A stretch of 64,000 nucleotides of DNA from Podarcis melisellensis (GCA_964234715.1 OZ174291.1); one strand, 5' to 3'; shown: positions 12,133 through 23,220, counted from the first letter of the stretch. The notes: generated by a model not told the origin, from the sequence alone. Numbers and translations: made by a program.

Positions 12133-12248
12133 CCGAAAGAACTCCTTCAGCTGAGGGCTGTTGTTCAAGGCTGGGATGTCCACAGTGAAGCGTAGCATGA
12201 CCTCAGCCGCTTTCCGCCGCTCCTCAATCACCTCAGGCTCAAATCGGC
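12133..12248 (-). CDS. SNX15: SNX15 exon 4 (PX domain end)
   Basis: tttgcag|GC CGA TTT ... CGG|gtattt; GRFEPEVIEERRKAAEVMLRFTVDIPALNNSPQLKEFFR. Confidence 0.92.
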
Positions 12249-12689
12249 CTGCAAAGAAGAGGAACAGATTCAAATCATGTGTGTTAGGGGATCAGAACAC
12301 ACACACACACACACACCCCGCTCTGCTCTTGTGTACTAGCGACAACGACCCTGAAGCAATGCACAAGAGGCCTCTGTTTTTCTGGCCTAGAAAAATTTAC
12401 CAGAACCCAAAACTTTCAGCTGCAGACCCTCAAAAATAGAATCTGGTGGGGCTGAACGATGGGAGATTTGGGGCAGACAAATTTAGGCACACCTTCACGT
12501 AGTTTAGCTGTGGAATTTGCTACCACAAGATATTGTGATTCCCCTCCCCCCCAATTTAAATGCTTTTAAAAAGCAGATTGCTGGGAATCATAAGTTCAGG
12601 TCCTAGACTGGGGCAACCCTGTCAGAAGGGTAAAGTACAAGTAATTTATTCTTATCCTCATCATTATTATATTAGCCTCTGGAGCAGCA

Positions 12690-12995
12690 GGAAGAAAGCT
12701 TCCATGTTACAGCCGTTTAGCCACCTTCAAATATCTGAAGGGCTGGCACATGGAAGATGGAGCAAGCTTGTTTTCTGCTTCTCCAGAGCGGAGGACCTGA
12801 ACCAATGGATTAAAATGGCAAGAAAAAAGGAGACCCCGGCTAAATTAAACATTAGGAAGAACTTTCCAAGGGTAGGAACTGTTTTGACAGTGGAACGGAC
12901 GGTGGTAAGTTCTCCTTCAATGGAGGTTTTTAAAGCGAGGCCGGGCAGCCATTTGTCAGAGATTCTTTAGCTGGGATTCCTGCATTGCAGAGAGT
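12690..12995 (+). mobile_element. CR1 LINE 3' fragment
   Basis: AAACATTAGGAAGAACTTTC ... TCTCCTTCAATGGAGGTTTTTAA ... GATTCCTGCATTGCAG, typical CR1 3' end. Confidence 0.7.
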
Positions 12996-13181
12996 TGGAC
13001 AAGATGACAATGGGGGGCGGGTTCCTTTCCAATTCCATGTTTCCAATTCCATGTTTTGCACGACTCCTGCTCAGGGGCTTCCCAGAAGGGGCGTCTGGCT
13101 GGCCCCTGTGGGGATGGGATGTCCCCCCCCTTTGGCTCGACCCAGCAGCTGCCCATCTCCCACCCAGCCGGAGACCCTCAC

Positions 13182-13302
13182 CAAAAACATGAGCCTTTGG
13201 GAAGGGGGGAAAATCCTCCAGTCGACGGAAGAGGTTGCGATGTGTGTACGCCAGGTCCCCGTGCAGTTTCTTGAAGTCACTGTACCGTTTCCAGACCACG
13301 AT
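13182..13302 (-). CDS. SNX15: SNX15 exon 3 (PX domain)
   Basis: cctacag|ATC GTG ... TTT G|gtgagg; IVVWKRYSDFKKLHGDLAYTHRNLFRRLEDFPPFPKAHVF; 121 nt. Confidence 0.95.
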
Positions 13303-13851
13303 CTGTAGGAAGGAAGAGGCATGAGGACTGTGCTTGGAGTGCCCTTTCTCCTGTGGAAGATCTATACGAAGCTGCCTCAGAGTCAGACCAATGGCCCACC
13401 TACTGCAGCCAAATACTGCCTACGTCAGTAGTTCCCAGACATTATGGTCTCACAAACTCCTCCCTGGTGCTCGCTACCCTACCCATCAGAAAGCACTGCT
13501 CAGAATAGCACTTTACTTGACCCACTGAGGACAAAATCCCAAATGGCAACTATTAATTCACATTTGTTCGAAATCCAATTAAACACCACTTTTGTTTAAT
13601 TAACTCAACAGAACTGAAGAACCCCTGACCTAGTCATGCCAGATTTTAAAAGTCTGGGAGATATGTGCACCACCAGCACTCTGGCCTTCTAGCATCACCC
13701 TAGCATTGCCCCCAGGTACCACCTGCTTTGTGAAACTTTGTGTTGAGCTCCTTGGAGGCATGACAGGGTAGAAACAAAATGGGTAACATTTCTGAAGCGG
13801 CTGACAAGGCCCACACTCCCACCCCGCCTGGGTCACCCAGCAAGGACCTAC

Positions 13852-13887
13852 CTCCTTGACATCTTCTGGGTTCGCCTTTGAGACAAA
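13852..13887 (-). CDS. SNX15: SNX15 exon 2
   Basis: tttccag|FVSKANPEDVKE|gtaggt; 36 nt, phase 0-0. Confidence 0.92.
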
Positions 13888-15147
13888 CTGGAAAGGGGAC
13901 AAAAAGTGAGATTTTGAGCATGAGCAAGGGATTTGCAGCCAGCAAGGGGTACGTGTGTGTGTGTGTTGGAGGGGGCACATTCTTTTCCTCCTGCACCAAG
14001 GAAGGTGGGGTTTCCTTGTGGCATCCTCCTTGGGGTGGAGTGTGCACTGCGATCTCTAGGCTCTCCAGAAAACTGGCGGAAAATATTTTTAAAAGATAAA
14101 CCAACCAGGCATATAGGGAAGAAAAAGCTTCGCTGAAGATCTGTTTCACACACCTATTGGGAGTTCTTTGAGAGGGACAACAAGCATCTCGATTTATCTG
14201 TATTTGACATAGTGTATTTGGGACTCTCGAAAAGCTTCTTATAAGGTACCTCACCCAAGACTCCTGAGTAAGCTTTGCAGTCAAGGAATAAGAGGCTCGA
14301 ATCCTGCTTGCAGGTTTCTCTCTGGGGCAACTGGTTGGCCACTGTGAGAATAGGATGCTGGCCAAACGGGCCTGCCATGGTCTAAACCAGAAAGCTCTTC
14401 TCATGTTCTCCCAACAGATTCCCCCTATTCCCTGTTTTAAGGGTCTCCAGTATCCAAAGATCTCTGCCATTCCTGAGACACAGCTGAACCCCCAAGGGCG
14501 GAGCAGAGAGCAGGGTGTGGGCACAAATGCCAGAGCTGAGGCCCACTCTGAGCCAGAAGGTGGTCCTTATTATTTCCAGGTTAAGGAGAGAGGATGGGAG
14601 CTGTTCTCCTACTGGATGTACTCAAGAGTTCAATGAAACTTACAGGGATGCATGCAGGATTGCAGCCATGTAGCCTACAATAGTGGTACCTTATACCAAG
14701 TCAGACCAACTCAGTACTGACTGGCAGCAGCAGCAGCTCTTTGAGATTTCAGGCCAGCAGGAAGGGCTCTCTCTCCCAGACCTACCTGGAGGTGCCCCTG
14801 CAGATCTAACCTGGGATGCTCTGCTTGCAAGGCGGCCACTTTTTTTACCGCGCTACGGCCCTTCCTGTGTGTCTACTCAGACGTAAGCCCCACTGAGCTC
14901 ATTTGCGTTTACTTCCAGGTAAAAGCAAGAGGGGAGAACCAGAAGCCCTCTGCAAGGAGAGCAAGCCCACCCTAAGCTGGAAGCCACTGCCCCTTTGCCC
15001 GAGCCTGCTCTGAGCTTGCACTCCGCACATGCACAGAGGCTCGACGTCCAGCGAACAGGTGCAGCGGATTCAAATCCCTCCAGGTGAACATCTAGGCGGC
15101 TCCCCAGGTGCGGAGTCTCCCCCTCCCTGCAGCAGCCCCTTCCTCAC

Positions 15148-15246
15148 CTTGGCAGTCACTTTGTACTCGGTGTAGCCCTTGGGGTGGCTGCGGTGCTCGG
15201 TCACCGTGTAGTGCCGCTGGTACTCCTCCTTCACCCGGCGGGACAT
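15148..15246 (-). CDS. SNX15: SNX15 exon 1 (start)
   Basis: MSRRVKEEYQRHYTVTEHRSHPKGYTEYKVTAK|gtgagg; the eight exons sum to 1149 nt = 382 aa + stop. Confidence 0.95.
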
Positions 15247-15500
15247 CCTGCCGCCCCTCCGGGCGCTGCGGCCCCTTTAAATCCAGGACCGCCGGGCTGG
15301 GCGGCTCCTGCCCTCCTTTCCTTCTGGCGCCCGGACTCCTCCCAGTAGTGCGCATGCGCGGCCTGTTGGCCGCTCCCATTGCCTAATACTCCAGGGACGA
15401 GGGAGCGTCTTCCAAGTGCAAGCCCGGAGAGCACGCGCCAGGGCTCCTCTGCAAAGTGCCCGACGCGCATTGCGTCCTGCTGCAAGACTAAGGGAGCAGA
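15150..15500 (-). promoter_or_regulatory. SNX15 CpG-island promoter with NRF1 motif
   Basis: CpG-rich; TGCGCATGCGC at 15349-15359 fits the NRF1 consensus. Confidence 0.7.
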
Positions 15501-16780
15501 ATAGGGTGGGGCTCACTGGGCCTGCAGAGTTTATGCTGGACACGTTTTGCACAGTAAGCCTAAAGTGGGCAGTCAATCCGGCGTGAAGGAAGCTCCATAT
15601 GTCTTTCTAAGGTGACCACTTTTGCAGGAGGCTGGGGTGCCTGAGGTTTAAGGAGGACCAGCTTAAGTTGCTTCTTTAATGAGAAATAGAGGAGTGGGGA
15701 TTTTTTTTCCTGCAAAAAAATTGAATGTTAAAATACTTTTTCTTCCTCTTAGACAAATAGTATCGTCAATGAAATATGGGCTAGCAGAGGTGTGTGTGTC
15801 CCATCCCCCACCCCGGCTCCCCTATTCTTTTCTTTGCATTTTTGGTTATTCCCCTAGATTTTCAGACCATCCCTCCCTCTCTTCTCACATTCACCTCCCT
15901 TGTTCCTGCCCTGTCATTTACTCTCTTATTTTTATTTACTTGCTATTTAACAAAATGTCATATACCACTCGTAATAAACCTCTCTAAACGGTATACAATA
16001 AATATTAAAATTATCAATAATAGTAGTCTAATACACTTAAAAATAATCAAAAGCATGTCAGCATCTAGATATCTGGATGGGCCCCTAAAATAGGCAGTAG
16101 GGGGTGGGCACAAGTTGGGAGAACCTGAGATAGGCTTGCCTAAAGTTTTCAGCCTGCACCCAAAAAGAGGACAGTGAAGACGCTTGCTTGCCTGATGTCC
16201 GTAGGCAGGAAAATGTAAGCTGTTGCACTAAGTCTCATAGTTTGCAATCATTTTTGTTGTTGCTGTTGTTAGAAAATGTTCCAGGGTGCAGCAGGAGTTT
16301 CAGGTTGAGGGGGAAAACTCACAACAGTCTTTGGCAACCATAGAGTGAAAAGGCAGCTTACTGCTACTGGTACCAATCTACTCTTGCTCTGCCTGACATC
16401 TTTGTGAGGAATGCCCTTTGCCTTTTGTGGAGGTAAAATTATGCATTTGTTTTTTAGTATTTGGGGGGAAATATTTAAGGTTCCTCACAGGGTTGTTGCA
16501 CAGGTTAAATGAGTTTGGGGAGAACCATGCATTTGCCACCTTGAGCTTCTTGGATAATAAATTAATAATACTGAACGTCTGGAGGGCACCACACTGGCGT
16601 CCCGTGAGAAGACAACCTTGGCAGTTAGATTTCCTCCAGAACAAGCCCAAGAAGATCTCCTTGCCCACACAAGGCAGAGGAATCCCCAGCCATCCATGCT
16701 GGGTCGAAGACAACCAACCAGGCTGCTCCAGGGCCTAGGAACCCATCCAATGTGCCAGTCCTGAGAGCCACAACAACAGC

Positions 16781-16786
16781 TTTATT
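16781..16786 (-). terminator. ARL2 polyadenylation signal
   Basis: AATAAA on minus strand about 290 nt after the ARL2 stop. Confidence 0.7.
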
Positions 16787-17073
16787 AGCATGTTCTTAAT
16801 ATGACACGATCCCGTACAGAGAACTGGGGTGTTGGGGAGACCCCGAACATACACCTTCATTGTCCTTCCGCAGGCGGGGCCTGGCTCATGGCCTAGGACA
16901 GAAACAAGAGGGGCGCCCCACTCTTGCCCAACATAGCTGAGCAGCTTTCTCGATGAGGGCCGCGCCCAGGAAAGGCCCTTAAAATGCCCAGCAGGGGAAA
17001 ACAGTTCCAAGTTATGAAGCCACGCAAAGCAGGTGAGCTGGAGGTGTTTGCGCCTGTTTCCCCCTTCCTCCTC

Positions 17074-17208
17074 TCAGTCCGCGGTGAATATCCGGCTGGA
17101 TATATCGTCCAGCAGCCAATCGATACCCACAAGCAGGTTCTCCCCAGTGTAGGCGCTGCAGCCTTGAATGCACCAGTGGTGGCTGTGAATGCTGTCGAGG
17201 TCGAGAGC
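17074..17208 (-). CDS. ARL2: ADP-ribosylation factor-like 2, exon 5 (stop)
   Basis: tttccag|[44 protein letters not shown]. Confidence 0.96.
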   Translation of the reverse strand, partial: ALDLDSIHSHHWCIQGCSAYTGENLLVGIDWLLDDISSRIFTAD

Positions 17209-17548
17209 CTGGAAAGAGGCAGAAAGATGGGGGGGGTGAGGGCCACACACCTGGCGAGCTCAAAGGGAAAGCCTGCAAGTGGGCTGGGTGGTGGGTAGCA
17301 CCCAGAAAGGCTACAGGCCGGGCAGGACAGCCTTCGTAAAGCAGGCTCCTTCCAGATGTTTGGGACTACAACTCCCATCAGCCCTGCGCTGGCTAGGGCT
17401 GATGTGCTTCCTGACTTCTCCAAAAAATACAGTCATCCATAATTTTAAGCATTCTTGACTCATCATGGCATCTTTTACCCTCTTATTTTAAAAGGCACAA
17501 TTTGTGTGGGTGAAAATTGTGTTGCGTCCGTGCTGTGGTCGTCTAGAC

Positions 17549-17684
17549 CAGGCATCCCCAACCTGCGGCCCTCCAGATGTTTTGGCCTACAACTCCCATG
17601 ATCCCTAGCTAACAGGACCAGTGGTCAGGGATCATGGGAATTGTAGTCCAAAACATCTGGAAGGCCGAAGGTTGGGGATGCTTG
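17549..17684. mobile_element. Palindromic hAT MITE
   Basis: CAGGCATCCCCAACCT ... AGGTTGGGGATGCTTG, near-complete foldback; TSD GTCTAGAC / GTTTAGAT. Confidence 0.85.
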
Positions 17685-17853
17685 GTTTAGATAATGCTAT
17701 GCCACATCCGATGTATATAGTCTGCTGGGCAAATAAACAGAGCTGAAATTAACTTCCTTCCTCAAAGCCATATGAGACACCCTCCCGTCCTTGGTTTCCC
17801 CAGTTCCCAAAGCTGCCCCATCTGCTCTCGCCAGGCCTGCTAGTGATCCTCAC

Positions 17854-17934
17854 CTCCTGGATGGCGCTGGAGCTCAGAGCCCCAGGCAGGTCCTGTTTGT
17901 TGGCAAAGATGAGCAAGGTGGCCCCCGCCAGGCG
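17854..17934 (-). CDS. ARL2: ARL2 exon 4
   Basis: caacag|[27 protein letters not shown]|gtgagg; NKQD G4 motif; 81 nt. Confidence 0.96.
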
Positions 17935-18390
17935 CTGTTGAGACAGAAACAAAGACGTGACCTAGGAAGGAGGGAGGCTTATCCCAAGTCGTCCAATTGG
18001 TCCACCAAGCTCAGTCTGGTCCACACTGGCTGGCAGAGGCTCTCCAGGGTCCTTCTTGGAGATGCCAGTGGGAAACAAACCCGGGGCCGTCTGCGTACAA
18101 GGCAAGTGCTCTGCCACTGACCTATGACCCTAAAAACAAACTAAGATTCTAGTCCTTGTGGTACCGGGATCTTCTGCAAGCAGAGTGTGCATTGCCTACC
18201 ATGGGCTATGGTCCTCGTGATTCTGAATAAAGGGATGATTTAAAGAGGGACACAGGAAGGGGCCTTACTCTAGGTCAGGCCAGTGGGCCAGCTAGCCACT
18301 ATGCCAGCCATTTTCAACTACAACTCCCAGTGCTGACTGGGGCTGATGGGAGGGCTTGGGGAAGATTGGCCCACCATGACAGGAAGCGGA

Positions 18391-18779
18391 CACTGCTTTT
18401 TCCTGGGGGGATGCAGGGGTACGCATACAGTGGTACCTCAGGTTACATACGCTTCAGGTTACATACACTTCAGGTTACAGACTCCGCTAACCCAGAAAGT
18501 GCTTCAGGTTAAGAACTTTGCTTCAGGATGAGAACAGAAATCGTGCTCCGGCGGCGTGGCAGCAGCAGGAGGCCCCATTAGCTAAAGTGGTGCTTCAGGT
18601 TAAGAACAGTTTCAGGTTAAGAACGGACCTCCGGAACGAATTAAGTCCTTAACCTGATGTACCACTGTACTCCTACACATTTTGTGAATCTAAGTTTGGC
18701 CTCATTGAGGGGCAGTATTTCAATATGAGTAGGAAAATGAGAGTACCCCTAAACATTTTTTAAGGGAAAAAAAGCACTG
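18391..18779. mobile_element. hAT MITE hosting a nested Tigger-like MITE
   Basis: CACTGCTTTTT ... AAAAAGCACTG ends; degenerate 8-bp TSD GAAGCGGA / GAAGTGGG. Confidence 0.7.
18426..18669. mobile_element. Tigger-like MITE, family A copy 3
   Basis: TA-CAGTGGTACCTCAGGTTA ... GTACCACTG-TA. Confidence 0.9.
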
Positions 18780-18830
18780 GAAGTGGGTCTCCAGAGTTTT
18801 ACTGTTATTATTTTATTAACCACCTTTCAT

Positions 18831-19094
18831 TAGGGCTGGGCGAAATACCGTCCAAAACAGGTTTGAAGTCCATATCGTCATATCGGGTTTCATAATTTTT
18901 GACCTGGCAATATATCACGAATCGTGATACACATGTGTGTTCTGCAAAAAACACAATGTGGGGAAAACCATGAAGCCAGCCAATGCTTCTCCATAGCTCC
19001 ATCCTTATTTCAGGCATTGTGATATACTGGTAGTATCGTGATGTTTAGCTAGTGATATATTGCGATGTTGAAAACCAGGTATCGCCCAGCCCTA
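18831..19094. mobile_element. hAT MITE
   Basis: TAGGGCTGGGCGA ... TCGCCCAGCCCTA terminal repeats; TSD CCTTTCAT / CCCTTCAC. Confidence 0.85.
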
Positions 19095-19169
19095 CCCTTC
19101 ACCTTAAGCTTCCTGAGCAGGTCGCAACATTAAAACGCAACCTTAAATACAATTTAAAGAAGATTGGAA

Positions 19170-19500
19170 ATGTAAGAAAAAGGTATATCCTAAAAATATA
19201 CACCTCAGGTGTCAAAGGCCAGAGTAAAGAAATGTGTCTTCGGCATTCTCCAAAGCTGTATAATGAAGGTGGCAGGCACACCTCTGGGGGAAGGGAGTTC
19301 CACAGCTTAGGGGCCACCACAAAGAAGGCTGCCACCCCCAACTGAGGCTCTGGGGATTGAGGAGCTACCAATGGGACCCCAATCTGCTATCGGCACCCGA
19401 GAGGGTCTGTGGGGAAGGAAGCAACTTTCAGATATTTGGGGCCTAATAACAACTTGGGCACCTTGAATCGGACCCGGTAACGAACAGGCATTTTAAGCAG
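19170..19500 (-). mobile_element. L2 LINE 3' fragment
   Basis: AFFVVAPKLWNSLPPEV, the L2 ORF2 C-terminal motif. Confidence 0.7.
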
Positions 19501-19680
19501 GTGTATCCACCTGGAGACTGAAGCGGAGAGCTCTTGCAAAGCAAGCAAGTGTCCTACCACCCAGCATCAAAGCCCCCTGCCCGGTTAACCCTTTCAGTGC
19601 CAAGGCCAGGCAGAGTGCAAGGTCCACTCTGTCCTCTGCTGCAGAGCAGGTAGACGCTCCCAGCCCCCCTGGGGTCCTAC

Positions 19681-19843
19681 CTCCTCCACCAGAAGGCTCT
19701 GGAGTTCCCTCTTGCAGTCATCTAGGCGCTGGCGGTCAGCGCTGTCCACCACCCAGATGAGGCCATCGGTGCTCTCAAAGTAGTTCCGCCAGTAGGAGCG
19801 CAGGGATTTCTGCCCCCCAACGTCCCAGATGTTCAGCTTGAAC
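19681..19843 (-). CDS. ARL2: ARL2 exon 3
   Basis: tttgcag|[55 protein letters not shown]|gtagga; 163 nt. Confidence 0.97.
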
Positions 19844-20017
19844 CTGCAAAGAGGAGACCCACAGGCAGGTGACAAAGGGGTGGAGGAAATGGGGGGGGCG
19901 GGTCTAGGCCAGAAATGAAGGAGGAAGGGAGGGAGGAATGCAGAGAGGAGCCCCTTCCTCCTGTCACAGCAGCCCCCTGGCAGCTATGGGGAAAGGGGAC
20001 GGGATGGAGCCCCTCAC

Positions 20018-20128
20018 CCGCGGTGCTCCAAGGTCTTGATGTTGAAGCCCAGCGTGGGAGAGATGGTGTCGATCTCATCCCCATTGAACTTCTTCAGGAT
20101 CGTAGTCTTTCCGGCATTGTCCAGGCCC
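20018..20128 (-). CDS. ARL2: ARL2 exon 2 (P-loop)
   Basis: [36 protein letters not shown]; 111 nt; GG|gtgagg. Confidence 0.97.
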
Positions 20129-20732
20129 CTGACATAGGGAGGTGAGTTAAAGGGACACAATTGCAAGAGAGGAGGAGGAGGAGGCCTGCTGCACTCACTC
20201 CCTCAATTTCCTGCAGGTTTCTTCAGGGAACCTCAAAGCAAGGGGAAAGCCTGCTACTCAGTGGCAGAGAGAGTGTGCTTTGCATGCAAAACATCCCAGG
20301 TTTAGTCCTTGCTGGCACCTCCAGGTAGGGCCTGGAACTCTAGAGAGCCGCTGCTGCCAGCCAGTGTAGGCAATACTGAGATAGATGTGCCAATGGTCTG
20401 ACTGGGTATAAGGCAGCTTGCAGTCTGCTAGGAAACTGCTAGCTCTCGCCATATACCCTGCGGGATGCGTGGACGCGCGGGTTCGGCTTGCACGGGTTGC
20501 TCTGAGAGGCAAAGGCACTCTGCACACGCACAGAGGCGCCCTTTGCCACTTAGGTTCAGAAGACCCTGAGGATGCAGCTTAGAAATGCTGCCCGGTCCCC
20601 AGCCCTGGCCCTGCTCCACGCCTCGGAGCAAAAGGAGGTGGAGGAGGAATGCGAAGCCCCGCGGGGACCCTCGCCCGGCCCCGCCACCCCTTCCCCTCTC
20701 CCTTCGCCCCTCTGCCCCGCGCGGAAGGATAC
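20129..20732 (-). other. ARL2: U12-type (minor spliceosome) GT-AG intron, ARL2 intron 1
   Basis: 5' site GTATCCTTC; branch-like TCCCTTTAAC about 20 nt before the AG. Confidence 0.85.
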
Positions 20733-20797
20733 AGCATCAGCAGCCGCAGCTCCCGCTCCTTCTGCTTCATCTTCTTCAGGATGCTGAGCAGCCCCAT
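20733..20797 (-). CDS. ARL2: ARL2 exon 1 (start)
   Basis: MGLLSILKKMKQKERELRLLM(L); 65 nt; five exons sum to 555 nt = 184 aa + stop. Confidence 0.97.
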
Positions 20798-21744
20798 CTC
20801 CCTCTCGCGCCGGCGGAAGGAGCCGCCCCGCCCACGCAGGAATGCCGGGGGCTTTTGGGACCAAAGAGGTACAAACAGAAAAGAGGCTTTTGTGCAATTC
20901 GGGCTTCCGACCGCCGCTCTATCAAGACCTCCATATGCGGGGCATCCTAGAGGGGTCTTCTCCCAACCATCTCCTTTCTTTTTTAATCTATTGAAATAAG
21001 GAATATTGCAATAAGGAAGCACAGCTGCTAGAGGTTTGAATGGTAAAGTCGGGAGGAACCCAAGGAGTCATCTAATCCAACCCCCAGCCCGCAATGCGCT
21101 TCGATACAGCGCTTTGAAATAATCCGAAGAAAATAGTTTTGCTCAATGAACTTGTCCGCTTCTCCATTTGACATTTGGGCGGGGATTATGAAAGAGATTT
21201 CTTTGAACTTATGACTGTCTGCTCAGAAAAGCCCAATAGAGTTCAGTGGGGCGTCCTCCCAGGTAAGTGCGTATATTAGCATCACTGCATTGCAGCCTTC
21301 GGACACTTTGCTGGTCTAGGAGTTACTTCTGAGCAGACCATGTGTTAAGATTCCGCGAAAAGTCCCTATTCGTTGATCTTCTCGTGCAAACGGGAACCCG
21401 AAGTCGAGATAGTGGAAGATTCTCTGACTGCGCTGCGCCACTTCCCTCTCCCTTGCTTATTATTCGCCAGGACACGCCCCTTCCCTATCCTGCCCAATGG
21501 AAAGGAAGACCAGCTGCCTGGTGGATGGCGAAAAAACAGACTCGTAACTTGAAGACTGACATACAGGGCCGGAAAACGGATTCAATATAATTTCTCTCTC
21601 TCTCTCCCCCCACCCACTTTGGAAAGCTGGCCATGGAAAGAAAAAAGTCATGGTTTCCCCCACCCCCTAAATTCAGGTCCTAAACTGAAGGGTCCTTCTG
21701 AAGGAAAGACGGGATAACAGAAAGAGGCATATAAGCATCATTTT

Positions 21745-21782
21745 ATGAATGAATGAATGAATGAATGAATGGAATGAATGAA
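21745..21782. repeat. (ATGA)n microsatellite
   Basis: Direct read. Confidence 0.85.
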
Positions 21783-22643
21783 CAATGTGATGTATTTTAA
21801 AAAAACGCTTCTGGCTATTTTAGAAGAGCAACGTGGCAAATCAGCGGCTGAGCGCTGGATCTGGGCCGAGGGAGTCGAAATGGCAAAATGTTTATTAATT
21901 TTTACTGCAACCTGAGAGGTATTTTCTGTTGAGAGGTTGGCTGGAAATCCACAGCAGCCTCGACCCCACTTCTGACCTGGACTGCACTGCAGGGCTGTTG
22001 TAACTCTACCGGTCATCCATGAAGCACCGCAGAGGACTACACTGCATGGTTGTTGTAACCGAGTCCCTCACTTTCAGGCTGACCCCTACCCCCTCGCCTG
22101 AACCTACACTAAGGGGAGATGATGAGACTGCATCCGTGTTGGAATTGGCAGAGTTTTTTTCTTTTTCTTTTCAATGTTGAAAACAACGTTGGGGAGAACT
22201 CTCCGCCCTTGAGGCAAAAAAGTTGATCCGGACGCTAGTCGCAGTGTGTGAGTCTACTAGTATAAGTTTAAGGAAGGCATAGTTTTCAAGTGCCGTTCTT
22301 GATGTCATGTGGCCTTCTTGACCGATCTTTCCTCTAGCCAATAAACAGCCACAAGCACTTCCGGGGAAGCTCCATTCCACGGAAATAAGAACATATAGAG
22401 CTGCACCTCATTAGTTTGTATACTCAATCTCCGGGTTTTCGAGAATACAAAGCCATTTAAAAAATCTCCCCTTGGGAGCTCAAATGAAATGCGGGATTTT
22501 AGACCAGATATAATTGGGCGTCACCAACAAACAAAACGAAGCAGCAAAGAGAAATGAGCCTTTTTCTGCCTCTAACCCGTGTGTTACTTCGTGTGAAAGA
22601 TGCCATTTTAAAAAAGTTTATTATGCTGCAATCCTAAACCCAT

Positions 22644-23186
22644 TGAGGGGTAGCCTGTATGCTTGAGCCCTCTTCGAATTCCTGGATCCAGCACGGAAGC
22701 TAGCCTGCCTATTCCAGGAACTGAATCCGTGCTGGATCCAGGAATTCGAAGGCGGTTCATGTGTACAGCCTGTTGTCTTTGTCCATGGAGTTTTCTTGGC
22801 AGGGATACTGGACTGGCTTGCCGGTTCCTGCTCCAGGTGGATCACGTTTGGCCAAAACTCTCCACTATGACCTGTCCATCTTGCGTGGCCCTGCACGGCA
22901 TAGCTCATAGCTTCTCTGAGTTATTCAAGCCCCTTCGCCAGGCAAGGCAGTGATCCATGAAGGAGAAGACTCCCTGGAAAAGACCCTGATATTGGGAAAG
23001 ATGGAGGGCACAAGGAGAAGGGGACGGCAGAGGACCAGATGGTTGGACAGTGTTCTCGAAGCTACCAGCATGAATTTGACCAAACTGCGGGAGACAGTGG
23101 AAGACAGGAGTGCCTGGCGTGCTCTGGTCCAGGGGGTCACGAAGAGCCAGACACGACTAAACAACATGTGTACAGCCTACCCCTCA
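22644..23186. mobile_element. Foldback MITE-like element, right arm split by a BovB insertion
   Basis: Perfect 26-bp arms 22672-22697 / 22726-22751; outer ends TGAGGGGTAG (22644) / CTACCCCTCA (23186). Confidence 0.7.
22772..23164 (+). mobile_element. RTE/BovB-derived insertion: inverted 5' end joined to direct 3' end
   Basis: About 22960-23164 encodes DSLEKTLILGKMEGTRRRGRQRTRWLDSV...WRALVQGVTKSQTRLN (BovB ORF end); about 22772-22959 is the reverse complement of BovB 5'UTR-like sequence; TSD CATGTGTACAGCCT. Confidence 0.85.
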
Positions 23187-23220
23187 CTCCAAAACTCAGT
23201 ATCATCCCCAATGCAAATAA

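Noticed and set aside
13700-14524. 274-aa minus-strand ORF in SNX15 intron 1
   Set aside because: No recognisable domain, passes through SINE-derived and (CA)n sequence, and is out of frame with exon 2.
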